Shown: in pieces, positions 10,101 through 19,034 of the stretch
Layout of the letters: each line of letters starts with the position of its first letter
Position numbering within the stretch: the stretch's first letter is position 1
IMG/VR virus record: IMGVR_UViG_3300027659_000011
Span: 32,001-96,000 of that record
Source: a virus
Direction: 5' to 3' (one strand)
DNA: 64,000 nucleotides
Notes under the pieces: model-generated
Databases searched by the model: none
Told to the model about the DNA's origin: nothing
The model's input: only the letters and a program-made list of their open reading frames with translations
Made by a program: the position numbers and the translations under genes

Positions 10101-11761
10101 CGGGTGAAACCAGTGCTGATTTTGCTAAAAGAGTTGAACAAGAACTTGGAAATAAACTAGACCTAGCATTCAAAACCGTATTCCCAGGAATAGAAAATTT
10201 AGCAAATAGATTTCAAAACTTTGGTGAAACCCTATCTGAATTTGCATTTAGAGTTCAAGGGGACTCAGAGCAGATCAAATTTGCATTTCAATCAATTGGT
10301 CAAGCTTATATTACTAAGCCAGGCACTGACGCAATGATTCAAAGAGAATACGAACAAAGCTTAATTAAAGCATTTGGTGGATCTCAAGAACTGTTTTCAG
10401 CTATTGATAAATATGGAAATAGTATGCTTACTGAAGCCGAAAGACTTGCTCCAGTACGTGATAACGTCAATAAGAAATTATTAGAGCTATTTCCTGCATT
10501 GCAATCAGGTGGTAAATCCTTAATTACTACCAGAGAAGAATTTAATAATCTCAGAAAAACTCTTGATCCTCTTAGTCCTGCTACTGCAGATTTATGGGCA
10601 CAAATGACTAGACTTGGTCCAGCATTTGCTTCAGTTACTGAAGAAGCTAATAATTTAGCAGAAACGGAACTTAAGAAAGCTAAACAAGATCAGTTATTAA
10701 CTATATTAGCTCTTAAAAATGACGATATAAGCAAATTAAAAGCTTTAACACTTACTAGACAGCGTGAATTAGATGCTATGGATGATTTACTAAAACCAAA
10801 TCAACTATATATCTATGCCCTACAAGATGAAGCAGCTGCAAAAGATAAGCTACAGACTTCTTATGACAAAGTTAAAACAGCAATTAATAGTACTATTGAT
10901 AGTTTAAAATCTCAGGTTACTGTGTTACAGGATTATAAGAAAAATCTACAGATGAGTGACAAAGGTAATCTAACACCACAAGAAGCTTATGCAGCTTCTA
11001 AAGGACAGTTAGATTCAGCTGCTGCTTTAGCACAGCAAACACTTGGAGCAGGAGCTTCTAAAGCAGAAATTGCTGCAAGAGATAAAGCTGTTTCAAGTTT
11101 ACCCAATTTAATAGATCAATTCTTAAATCAATCTAGAACTTCTTTTGCTAGTGGTGATCAATATCAAGCTGATTACTCTTGGGTAAATGGTTTGCTTGAT
11201 ACTACTACTGCACAATTAACAGCTCAAGAAACTGACGCAGAAAGACAGTTAAGTGTTTTAAATAATAGTGTTAGTTATTTAACTACAATTGATGAAAATA
11301 CTAAAACAACAGCAAGCCTAATGGGAGAATTCATAGCTAATCAAGTTAGTTATGAAACTGCAGCACTAAGTGCTACAAAGCTTCTAACAGAAGAGTTAAA
11401 AGGTATATTATCAAGTTTACCTACAAAAGTAAAAGGATATGCTTCTGGCGGCTTAGCTGGTAGAGGTATAAACATGGTTGGAGAACAAGGACCAGAGTTA
11501 GTAGATTTCGCCTCACCAGGTAGAGTCTATACAGCTGGACAGACCGCTGCTTTTGGAGATAATACTGCACTAGTTGCTGAGTTAAAAGCTTTAAGAGATG
11601 AAATGTCTCAGTTACGTTCGGAACAAAAAGAACAAACTGGACATATTATTCAAAGCAATTATGATGCTAACCAGAAAAATGCGCAAGCAGTTTCTAATGT
11701 TACAGAAAATGCTATTAAGCAACAGACGTGGAAAGAACGTTCTCAAGTTGTAATAGCTTAA
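4106..11761 (+). CDS. Tape measure protein (~2550 aa)
   Basis: Long Ala/Lys/Gln-rich helical ORF after chaperones; N-terminal GRDFAKQAQGLGGLVHVYATFAANLFAVSAAF and KVQPELLDELGI resemble T5 pb2; hydrophobic segments; C-terminal GYASGG...VGEQGPELV. Start moved from 4088 to ATG 4106 (GGAGG RBS at 4097-4101). Confidence 0.9.
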   Translation: MATEQSTIEVNVLTKGLTEATASAQKLHDIMKATSNIAANIRIPTAVQAAQEQVAATNNRRSSPVMAGSTPKGGGKGNEYGTARGTLGTGAEGRDFAKQAQGLGGLVHVYATFAANLFAVSAAFSALSKAADTTNIIKGLDQLGAQSGRSLGGVAKAMVEVTGGALSLREAMTSTALASSAGMTNAAMIRMTEVAKKASLALGRDMGDSMDRLTKGIAKVQPELLDELGIMARVIPSQEKYARELGKSVSALTDFEKKQAFANAVLEEGERKFSSINIDTNPYTQLSASLANVAQTGLELVNTVLGPLASSLAKSPTALGLALTGIAGILLKQAIPALGQYRKGLEAVNAENLKKVSEMQKIQGEAGYDYDTKIVGERARKKYLVEKDFATKSLDEQKKITAQANKIADAAAEASAARATSLLGHETTTNKIRDRMYQTTAISGAKYNVSQIQGAYGMTAAFSQLSEEMTKLQSKTNTIDVGGGLMRQVPAINKFSAALVGISGAIAIIGTTIGTLINRFAPWIIAITAFASAVSFLIDYFKTATTAVNASAKALEGITTAAKTIGDTLDAIEKKPFLEQISNASVQAKAAAINELSSSLGLLVKRNKEASEKVAKGSYADSIGDQRLTYRLDRAYKVGDAYTSNLGRELADGTQQALVAASKLIVGSTEEATYRASIKNILGISYSDSDNLEKQLKNIPDELIKKLPKLQKSLEDTNKAINNAASAGKELDDAWTAATKTFDNLMTSLAITDPLGKLGDETIKVGIAMTKAFEDPANKLAELSKTSKDMSRLRFMSPETAKDMMLFAGQLDQSAKKVDKLKEKLKTSRENENKSSKEVGMFGKFTDFLGITDNPGDLKKAQQESKNINKQIAAEANNVEYQKLYLKSQDEVFAKGAKLVNDSISQSFAKANIALSQTVLANAGNTKEGIRALADLAKQQIDVESGNLNAMLQLAIVTSELAKIQEEILIAEKRKELKRDNKDGNISNEDFKRQSSELTKRAIILETSREKQNASFKNNAADLNATGPGSDITRRAAQMNYPLVSMTESVRAQLALNTAKKMGIDIDAKGKEILLDIDGIIRRNDLTSKGLSLKAAELGLLAQSSQYESEAAVLQKQSIDRSITDLAQEKERLNIVGQIKDAEMRASQATDPKTKATANASALKFRNDLADKEKQIAMDVQILDLKNIQELKNAKIAEFNYLKDFQLLNNTINTESLSAIQSTTSLYLDFVQQQKAGIELSNLKLNFDKQSNAELQNQIILQDRLNKLRRDSSSDPKTVLIAQEALSQSTAKIAQTQMKYEADVANVNIKNQKLRLDGLESIRKRQADLAFSEIESANKIALIKLDAEDKLIQAKLSLGRISETTAARMTAKLAQDRFEKELDTQSKAEKKLQEEEFNAKLARADQLNSALTELNREQETERVEAARKAQEEIDKLRKTPVSIPGQDIPGSKSQDVIDTGIAQQVEKLNNLQEVQNKQAQETRNNFALQDSEATSAANRRVAEQGALNTLKKQELQYAFQIGEQQAKLNQLSKDQAFYTEMAESAAKSFAAGLTDAGKAMGDVIKLFAQTATITEKYNIERLNAEKAIADKAGKTAEDQKRDVTNLNQLDAKYYASKLDGAASIASASAGLFDKDSKTYKQLMSLEKAFHLMKIAGMVFQQAMFLKDWVVRMTSTKAEMALTGTKNATDTGSSMFGSLGKMFGFGGPSTAAAGTASQTALVTTDLAMGGGAMAGNAATTAATATGGATAGAAGAGGMGASLMAAGPYVLAAVAVYKLLGLGDKKPPGPTPEELASVSGTGMRYNAAGKLEATGTGALGDAKAANESIAKSIDYLGKINYENLQFDKNKALVALEAIRDNTENFVNSIGATGKIGDMTAGGVELNKKSGFLGFSSSATSLAASGVIISGTIGQIADGLGGSVKKFEDIRTQTSKWWGLKTRTTIDRSYQEVNQDAKDFLQATVGSFRAGIQASAAAFGQDGGILKPIIDQMDISFTAYQTGETSADFAKRVEQELGNKLDLAFKTVFPGIENLANRFQNFGETLSEFAFRVQGDSEQIKFAFQSIGQAYITKPGTDAMIQREYEQSLIKAFGGSQELFSAIDKYGNSMLTEAERLAPVRDNVNKKLLELFPALQSGGKSLITTREEFNNLRKTLDPLSPATADLWAQMTRLGPAFASVTEEANNLAETELKKAKQDQLLTILALKNDDISKLKALTLTRQRELDAMDDLLKPNQLYIYALQDEAAAKDKLQTSYDKVKTAINSTIDSLKSQVTVLQDYKKNLQMSDKGNLTPQEAYAASKGQLDSAAALAQQTLGAGASKAEIAARDKAVSSLPNLIDQFLNQSRTSFASGDQYQADYSWVNGLLDTTTAQLTAQETDAERQLSVLNNSVSYLTTIDENTKTTASLMGEFIANQVSYETAALSATKLLTEELKGILSSLPTKVKGYASGGLAGRGINMVGEQGPELVDFASPGRVYTAGQTAAFGDNTALVAELKALRDEMSQLRSEQKEQTGHIIQSNYDANQKNAQAVSNVTENAIKQQTWKERSQVVIA

Positions 11762-11765
11762 AATC

Positions 11766-11793
11766 AGCCCCAGCTTTGCCTGGGGCTTTTTTT
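11766..11793 (+). terminator. Intrinsic terminator after tape measure gene
   Basis: AGCCCCAG-CTTTGC-CTGGGGCT plus T run. Confidence 0.85.
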
Positions 11794-11813
11794 GTGCCAA
11801 ACAAAAATTATGC

Positions 11814-11842
11814 TTGACTAAATATGCTTAAACGAGTATAAT
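11814..11842 (+). promoter_or_regulatory. Sigma70-type promoter for tail-tip/fibre genes
   Basis: TTGACT-17 nt-TATAAT. Confidence 0.8.
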
Positions 11843-11867
11843 ATAGTAGATTGATATAGGAGCGCTT

Positions 11868-13790
11868 ATGGCAATAAATTATACCCAAGCATGGCTTGAA
11901 GATCCTACAAGCATACGTGGAATATTAGTAGAAGTAACAGTTAAAGACTTGCAAGGTATATACGGTACTGCTGGTAGCGAAAACATTATATACTTATCTA
12001 ATATTGGCTATGTTTCAGGAGACTCTCAAACTAGCTATCTGCCATTTTTAACAGGCAGTTTACAAACAACAGAATCAATATCTATTGACGGTTCACTAAC
12101 AATGTCTTTTGGTGATATAGCAGTAGTAAATACAAGTGGTGAAAGAGATGACTGGTTAGATAGTACTAAGTTTATTTGGACAAATAGACCTATTAAAGTA
12201 TATCTTGGCGATCCAAGATGGCAGTTAGAAACACTTACCGATATTCACGATACAACCACCGGCGGCTTCCAAAAAATATTTGACGGCATTGTATCTGATA
12301 TAGATTCTAGTGGCAGAGACGTACTTAATATTAAAGTACGTGATAAATTACAAAGATTAAATGAGCCTTTAACAGATAATAAACTAGGTACTAACGGTAC
12401 TTGGGGCCAAGGGCAAAGTAATCAAGACTCTATACGCCCACTAGTTTTTGGTGAAGTTTTTAATATCAGCCCTATATTAGTAGATCCAAGTCAGTTAGAG
12501 TACATGTTTCATGATGTTAATGTTGGAACAAATATTAAAGCCACAACAGCGGGTACAAATTTAATAACTTGCACAAGTACTAAAGGTTTTGTACTTAATG
12601 CAACCGTAGTATTCACAGCTACTGTAGTAGTATCTGGAACAGGACTAACACCTGCTACTGCGGTATTTGGTGGACTAGTTGCGGGTACTACTTACTATAT
12701 TAAAACAATTAATAGTGATACCACTTTTACAGTATCTACAACTAGTGGTGGTTCAGTAGTGTCTTTAACTACAGCTGCTGCAGTTACTACTGCAACAGTA
12801 CAAGCAGAAGCCCGAGTATCTAGCGCAGAGTTAGTAATTGAGATAAGAGATAATGGAGTGCCAATATATACAGATCAAAGCGTATATACTCTTACTGGAG
12901 TACCTAGACCTCAAGGTGCTACTATTAATTACACTACAGGTAAATTTAAGTTAACTAAACCACCAAGTGGGACAATAACTGCTAGTATACAAGGTGCTAA
13001 AAGATCAGTTAATATTAGTACTGGTCAACTAGTAGAAGGCACATACGTAAATAATATAGCTAATATAATTGCTCTTATAGTTACTCAATATGGATTAGCT
13101 TCTGTACGTTTATCTCCCTCAGACATTGATTTAGTTAATTTTAGTAGTTTTGCTACTGCTAATACGCAGTCTGTTGGTATTGCTATAACAGATAGAACTA
13201 ATACACTTCAAGCATGTAGATTCATTGCTAATAGTGCTAATGCTAATCTATTTATGAATCGCACAGGATTATTACAGTTATTACAGCTTGGAACACCTAC
13301 TTCAGACGATAAAGTGTATATTACTGATAACGATATATTACATCATTCTTTACAAATATCTAGTAAAACTAATGTTATGGCAGCTACTAAAGTGGCCTAT
13401 TGCAGAAATTATACACCACAAACAACATTAGCATCCACACTTCCAGCTAATCATAATAAAATATTTCAAGAGCCCTGGCTTTCAAATACTGTTGTGGATT
13501 CAACAGTTCAATCTGATTATAAATTAGATTCTACACCAGTTCAACTTGAAACTGCTTTAATTAGAGGAACACACTCTGCAGCATTAGCTCAAAGTCTTAA
13601 CTCGTATTGGAAAGTACCAAGAATTATTTACTCTTTCACAGGTACTAGCAAACTATTATCCCTTAAACTAGGTCAAGCTGTAAATATTATACACAATAGA
13701 TTTGGTTTAACTTCTGGTAAAGATGGTCAAGTTATATCTTTAAGCCCTAATTGGGTATCCGGAACTATATCTGTAGAGGTAATAATTTAA
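11868..13790 (+). CDS. Tail tip/baseplate hub-like protein
   Basis: 640 aa directly after TMP; RPLVFGEVFNISPILVD motif and C-terminal LKLGQAVNIIHNRFGL..G.VI typical of siphovirus hub proteins; RBS AGGAG. Confidence 0.6.
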   Translation: MAINYTQAWLEDPTSIRGILVEVTVKDLQGIYGTAGSENIIYLSNIGYVSGDSQTSYLPFLTGSLQTTESISIDGSLTMSFGDIAVVNTSGERDDWLDSTKFIWTNRPIKVYLGDPRWQLETLTDIHDTTTGGFQKIFDGIVSDIDSSGRDVLNIKVRDKLQRLNEPLTDNKLGTNGTWGQGQSNQDSIRPLVFGEVFNISPILVDPSQLEYMFHDVNVGTNIKATTAGTNLITCTSTKGFVLNATVVFTATVVVSGTGLTPATAVFGGLVAGTTYYIKTINSDTTFTVSTTSGGSVVSLTTAAAVTTATVQAEARVSSAELVIEIRDNGVPIYTDQSVYTLTGVPRPQGATINYTTGKFKLTKPPSGTITASIQGAKRSVNISTGQLVEGTYVNNIANIIALIVTQYGLASVRLSPSDIDLVNFSSFATANTQSVGIAITDRTNTLQACRFIANSANANLFMNRTGLLQLLQLGTPTSDDKVYITDNDILHHSLQISSKTNVMAATKVAYCRNYTPQTTLASTLPANHNKIFQEPWLSNTVVDSTVQSDYKLDSTPVQLETALIRGTHSAALAQSLNSYWKVPRIIYSFTGTSKLLSLKLGQAVNIIHNRFGLTSGKDGQVISLSPNWVSGTISVEVII

Positions 13791-16700
13791 TGTCAACTTT
13801 ATTAAATGATAATGACGTAGCCCTTCAATCGGCACCTTATAGGGATAAAACTAGTTTAGTAACTGTAACTGCAAGTGCTACAAACTTTATCACTGTAAAA
13901 AATGGTGGAATAACTACCCCTAGTAGTATAACTCTAACAGCCACACCTAATATTGTATTTAGTGCAGCGGCATCTTTTAGTTGGAGTTTTGCTTTAAATA
14001 CTGCCCCTACTGATTTTAGAGCTTTTGACGGGTCTTTGATACAAGGAACTACAACGTTCGGAGGATCAGGAACAAGCGTTAGCAAAGCTGGAACATATAC
14101 TAATTTAGTGCCTTTAAGTACAAGCGGTACAGGTACTGGAGCAAAATTTGTAATTACAAAAATAAATACAAGTAGCTCTTATTCAGGAAATATTAGTGTA
14201 ACTATTATTAACTCTGGAGTTGGTTATAAAACTGGAGATACAATAACTATCTCTGGGGGTTTTCTTGGTGGAGCACTAGGAACAAATAATTTAGTACTTC
14301 AAGTAGGTGGTTCAGTAACTACAGAAACCGGTACTAATACTAAAGAAATAACTGCACAAACAGTTAATTCTTTAGTAGGTGAAACAAAAGCTACCTCTGT
14401 ACAGTTCAGATGTGCAGTAAGTGAAAATTTTATTGATACCGCATACGGGTACTCCTTAGTAACCTATAGTCTAGAACAAGCTAATGCAGACTCTGTTAAT
14501 ATTGAGCTTACTAGAACTAATGGAATAGTAAACGCTACTACCACTGGCATAATAAATAATTATAATGATAGTGGCACCACAATCACAGTCGTAAGAGCAG
14601 GTACACAATTAGCTTATAGTGCATCAGGCGGCAATTTAGTAGGAATATCTTTACCTAATAGTTTCAGTGTTGAAATTGTTACAGATACTGGTATAGATTC
14701 AACTGTGCCTTATAGAACGGTAGGTCCGACTACTAATACTGCAACTTCTTGGACTCTGAGTGGGATAACCTTACTAACAGCAGATTCAGTAACAGTAACA
14801 TTTTTAGTTACTGTATATGATGCATCAGGAATTAAAACTTTAGGTATCTTTAAAACTTTAACAATAACTAAAGTCTCCAGCGGAGTAGATGGAGACCCTG
14901 CAATAGTTTATTTTATAGATCTAAGTGCTCCAGTAATAACAAAAAGCACATCTAGTAAATTTATAAATGGTGTACATCAACAAATAAAAGTATACGGAAA
15001 AAAGACAGTAGGTACAGGTACTTATAGTATATATGGATTTCTAACAGTAACAGGAGATCTAGAAACAGAATCGGCCACAGCTTTTGCTTCTACTAGTAAT
15101 GGTTATACTACAACTATAACTAATACTTCTGAAAATAGTTTATATACAATCAGATTATATGATAGAGCAGATAGAACTAGTGCATTTGCACAACTGCTAG
15201 ATACTCAAACAGTACCAGTAGTATTTAATGGATCTAATGCACTTACTGCTACAATTAGTAATGACTCGGCCCCAGTTTCTGTAAGCTATACAGGTACAGT
15301 AATATCTGGAGGATATGATGGAACAGGTACATCAATACGAGTTTATGAAGGTGCAGAAGAATTAACTTTTGATACCGTTGGTAGTAGTAGAGGAACTTAC
15401 ACTGTAACAGCCACAGGAACTGGAGTTAATCCTGGTAGTATAAGCAGAGCAGTTAATGCTCTGCATGCTATAACTGGGAATGTTTCTGCTTTAGCAGTAG
15501 ATCAAGCAACAGTTACGTATACTATAACTGGTACAAGTAAAACTGGTACGCCTTTTACACTTTCTAAACTACAAAGTATTAACAAAACTTACCCAGGCGC
15601 AGATGCTTTATTTAATTATTTAGATATATCAGCTAATGTAATAACTAAAAATGCTGATAAGGCCACGACAGATGGTGCCCATAGCGTAGTAATAATTACA
15701 GGTAAGCAGACCATAGGTAATGCAGCGCCTATTATTACAGGATTTGTAACATTTACTGCAAGTTTATTAGTACTTTCTGTAAACTCTAATGCAGTATTTC
15801 TAAGTGGTGTTAGTACTTTAGCAATTAATACTCCTATAATATTTTCTGGTATAGGGATGCCTCCTCAAATAACAGTAGGTACTACATATTATATTAAAAC
15901 AATAGATCTCGTAACTAAGTCAATTACCTTATCTAGTTCACTTGGCGGGGCTGTTCTAAACTTAAGTAATACGGGCAATTTAACAGCTGCGTATGCACAG
16001 TCAGAAGCTACCTCAGCTACTGCTAATAGTATTATAGGTGCAATACCTAATGATGCTGGAGCATATAGTTATATAGCTAGACTATACAATAATGCAACTA
16101 AAACAACATTGTTTGATTTTGAGGAACTACTGGTATTATTTAAAGGATCTAATGCAGTAGTAGCAAACCTTAGTAACGATTCTGCTCACATTTCATGTAA
16201 TGACCTAGGAGTTCCTAATACGGGCGGATTTGGTAATACTAGTACGCTAATACAGGTATTTGATGGTACTAGTGAGCTAGTGTACAACGGAGTAGGTACT
16301 ACAGACGGAACTTACAAGGTTACAGCAGTTGGAACAAGTGTTACACCAGGAGCAATAACAGCTAGCGGTGTCTCAGCAATAACAGCAATAGCTAGTAACA
16401 TAACTAATAATTTAGCTAGTATTGCTTTTACAATTACTGGTAAATCATTAAGTGGCATAAATATAACCTTAACCAAAATTCAAACATTAGTTAAGCAAAT
16501 TAATGGTAAAAATGGTGACAATGGTGTAACATTCAAAACAGCCATAATTACTGCAGCAGGTTGGAGTACTAGTAGTACACCGCCTGCTTTAACAGGAACT
16601 TTTAACTATACCTGGAGTACACAAGTGCTTACAGCAGGCTCTGGAAGTACTACTGTATATCCAGCAGGATATTATACAGATGCTCCTGCAGTTTCAGGCA

Positions 16701-17275
16701 GTGGCTATGTACTACATAGTGTAATGGTAACAATATCTGCCCCTAGTACTGAAGTTACTACATTTAATATTCCTTGGAGCTCAGGAAAAACTAACAGGCT
16801 TGGGTATAAAGAAGACGGCGGAATAGGTCCAGTTGGAGATTCGGCCAGAACAGTTTATGTTGTAAATACAAGCTCAACTCCTCCAGCAATACCTACAGCA
16901 GGTGCAGGAGATGTAGTACCTACATCAAGTGCCGGTACCTGGTCTTTTAACTCTACTAGCGTATTAGCTGCAGGCCAGTTTATGTATCAGTGTGATGGTA
17001 CATATAAGCCGTTACCCAGCCCGGGAGTTACAACTTGGAGAGCACCTTACTTAAGTAATTTAAAAGTTGGCAGCTTATCAGCAATTACTGCAAATCTTGG
17101 TCATATTATTGCTGGTTCAATAAATATTGGACCAGATAAGTTCACAGTAGATACTAGCGGTAATGTAAAAATTAGGGGAACGGGTACAGGTAGGATGGAG
17201 ATTACTAATGAAGCTATAAAAGTTTTTGATAGTACAGGATCTTTAAGGGTTCAATTAGGAAATCTTGACGTGTAA
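13790..17275 (+). CDS. Central tail fibre / host-specificity (gpJ/pb4-like) protein
   Basis: Thr/Ser/Gly-rich beta modules repeated about three times; C-terminal NLKVGSLSAITANLG...RMEITNEAIKVFDSTGSLRVQLGNL typical of gpJ C-termini. Start likely ATG 13790 overlapping upstream TAA. Confidence 0.65.
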   Translation: MSTLLNDNDVALQSAPYRDKTSLVTVTASATNFITVKNGGITTPSSITLTATPNIVFSAAASFSWSFALNTAPTDFRAFDGSLIQGTTTFGGSGTSVSKAGTYTNLVPLSTSGTGTGAKFVITKINTSSSYSGNISVTIINSGVGYKTGDTITISGGFLGGALGTNNLVLQVGGSVTTETGTNTKEITAQTVNSLVGETKATSVQFRCAVSENFIDTAYGYSLVTYSLEQANADSVNIELTRTNGIVNATTTGIINNYNDSGTTITVVRAGTQLAYSASGGNLVGISLPNSFSVEIVTDTGIDSTVPYRTVGPTTNTATSWTLSGITLLTADSVTVTFLVTVYDASGIKTLGIFKTLTITKVSSGVDGDPAIVYFIDLSAPVITKSTSSKFINGVHQQIKVYGKKTVGTGTYSIYGFLTVTGDLETESATAFASTSNGYTTTITNTSENSLYTIRLYDRADRTSAFAQLLDTQTVPVVFNGSNALTATISNDSAPVSVSYTGTVISGGYDGTGTSIRVYEGAEELTFDTVGSSRGTYTVTATGTGVNPGSISRAVNALHAITGNVSALAVDQATVTYTITGTSKTGTPFTLSKLQSINKTYPGADALFNYLDISANVITKNADKATTDGAHSVVIITGKQTIGNAAPIITGFVTFTASLLVLSVNSNAVFLSGVSTLAINTPIIFSGIGMPPQITVGTTYYIKTIDLVTKSITLSSSLGGAVLNLSNTGNLTAAYAQSEATSATANSIIGAIPNDAGAYSYIARLYNNATKTTLFDFEELLVLFKGSNAVVANLSNDSAHISCNDLGVPNTGGFGNTSTLIQVFDGTSELVYNGVGTTDGTYKVTAVGTSVTPGAITASGVSAITAIASNITNNLASIAFTITGKSLSGINITLTKIQTLVKQINGKNGDNGVTFKTAIITAAGWSTSSTPPALTGTFNYTWSTQVLTAGSGSTTVYPAGYYTDAPAVSGSGYVLHSVMVTISAPSTEVTTFNIPWSSGKTNRLGYKEDGGIGPVGDSARTVYVVNTSSTPPAIPTAGAGDVVPTSSAGTWSFNSTSVLAAGQFMYQCDGTYKPLPSPGVTTWRAPYLSNLKVGSLSAITANLGHIIAGSINIGPDKFTVDTSGNVKIRGTGTGRMEITNEAIKVFDSTGSLRVQLGNLDV

Positions 17276-17288
17276 TTAAAGGAATAGT

Positions 17289-19034
17289 ATGGCGTATGGA
17301 TTATCGTTTTTTAAAGGTTTGACTACTGGGTTTGATGATTGGATAGCAACCAGAAACACAGATAGTCCGGCTTTAAAAGCTCAGTACCTGGCAGAGCAGG
17401 TTGAAGATAACACAGGAATAACTTCAACTAGAGCACAGGTAATAGATGCTTTTTTAGCTAATAATATTAGTCCCATAGTTCCTACTAATGCAGAAATACG
17501 TGGCTGGATGATTAGTGGTTTAAGTACTTTTAATTCGTATTATAATAATCTTTATTATAGCGGTCCAGCTTCCTGGCAAGTACAAATTATTGCAGACAGA
17601 GTGTTTCAAAATAGCATTATATCTCCATTAACTGCAAGACAAGAAGCTAACCAAAATGGGTCGCCATCAGAATCTACACAAAGTACTACGGGATTTAATA
17701 AAACAGCGTTCTTATTAGGAATAGATAATGGTACTATAACTGAAGATGTTACAGGAAATACAGCAGTATTATGTGTAAATCCTTTAGAAAGAACTGAAAC
17801 ATTTTATCAAACTTTTCCTAGACCTAACTATCTAGGTACAGTAGGATACAATGGGGCTAACTCACTTACTCAAGTATGGGGCGGGGACTTTATAATTCCT
17901 CAAAACACCAACTGGTGTGCTGAAGCGTGGATATACCCTACTAGATTCGGTGGGGGTATCCTAGGATCAGGAGACTATGGTCCAGGGTCATGGCAACTAT
18001 TTCATAATCAATCCAATGGAGTTATACAGTTAATTTCAGAAGTTATTGCTCCAGTTAATAGAACATTTACTACTTGGTGGTGGAGTAGTAGTATTCTTTC
18101 AATATATGGAACATTTCCACCTCCAGGACTTGTTGTAGGTACTCAAATTACTCCTCCCGCTGCTTACGGAGCTTTAGTTCCTATGTATGTAACTGGCATA
18201 GATTATGAAAGTAATTATATAACTGTAACCCCAGTATTTATAGGAGGCTCGTTAGATGAAGACGGTAATCCTACTAATTATAAAAGAACATTCATATCAG
18301 AGTTAGATAGTAATGGTGAACCACTGCCTACTGTATTTCCAGATGAATTTAAGTTTACATATGTAACAAATGAGGTTACCACTAGTTATATGGACTCAGG
18401 AGCTAGAACTGCACCTACATATACTTGGACTCATGTTGCAGCTAGTTTAACTGGTACTACACTACGAATATTTGTAAATGGAATAGTATCTGCTACAAAA
18501 ACTATTGCTCCTACTGTATTTAGACCGAATAGAATAGATCAATCTTACTATATAGGAGTTCATGAAAAAAGTTCAGCTTCACCTATATATTTCCAAGGAT
18601 ATATATCTAGTCCTAGATTAGTAAATGGAAAAGCTATTTATACAGGTAATTTCTCACCTAGTAGTAAAGCTCCGGGAACTAGTAGAATAAATGTAATAAA
18701 AGCGTTTGCTAATAATTTAGCTGGGCCAGTAGTTCCCTCAGAACGAGACATACAGTACTGGATGTTTAAAGGTTTTGACTACGGTACCCTACAGTTTAGT
18801 AGTACTGACGTAACTTGGAATCAAGTAGATGCCTTTTACAAATTAGCAAATACTAATGTGTCAAACACTTATGCTTCGTGTGTAGGCAGAGAAATGCTAG
18901 TTACTCAAATATTAGTGGGTACTCCGGATTTCAACAAAGCTTTTTATGCAAACACTATATATACTAATGCCAGTGGTTCTATATATATAACTGGTGCAAA
19001 TGTGGACACCTATATAATGGTGCTGATGCGATGA
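17289..19034 (+). CDS. Tail-tip accessory protein with LamG/ConA-like domain
   Basis: WCAEAWIYP...WTHVAASLTGTTLRIFVNG...FQGYISSPRLVNGKAIYTGNF LamG-like signature; MAYGL start typical of small post-gpJ tail proteins. Confidence 0.55.
   Translation: MAYGLSFFKGLTTGFDDWIATRNTDSPALKAQYLAEQVEDNTGITSTRAQVIDAFLANNISPIVPTNAEIRGWMISGLSTFNSYYNNLYYSGPASWQVQIIADRVFQNSIISPLTARQEANQNGSPSESTQSTTGFNKTAFLLGIDNGTITEDVTGNTAVLCVNPLERTETFYQTFPRPNYLGTVGYNGANSLTQVWGGDFIIPQNTNWCAEAWIYPTRFGGGILGSGDYGPGSWQLFHNQSNGVIQLISEVIAPVNRTFTTWWWSSSILSIYGTFPPPGLVVGTQITPPAAYGALVPMYVTGIDYESNYITVTPVFIGGSLDEDGNPTNYKRTFISELDSNGEPLPTVFPDEFKFTYVTNEVTTSYMDSGARTAPTYTWTHVAASLTGTTLRIFVNGIVSATKTIAPTVFRPNRIDQSYYIGVHEKSSASPIYFQGYISSPRLVNGKAIYTGNFSPSSKAPGTSRINVIKAFANNLAGPVVPSERDIQYWMFKGFDYGTLQFSSTDVTWNQVDAFYKLANTNVSNTYASCVGREMLVTQILVGTPDFNKAFYANTIYTNASGSIYITGANVDTYIMVLMR

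Noticed and set aside
13751-13789. N-terminal extensions in the ORF track (13751, 4088, 48134, 61649)
   Set aside because: Downstream starts have better RBS or stop-start coupling, and most extensions overlap upstream genes
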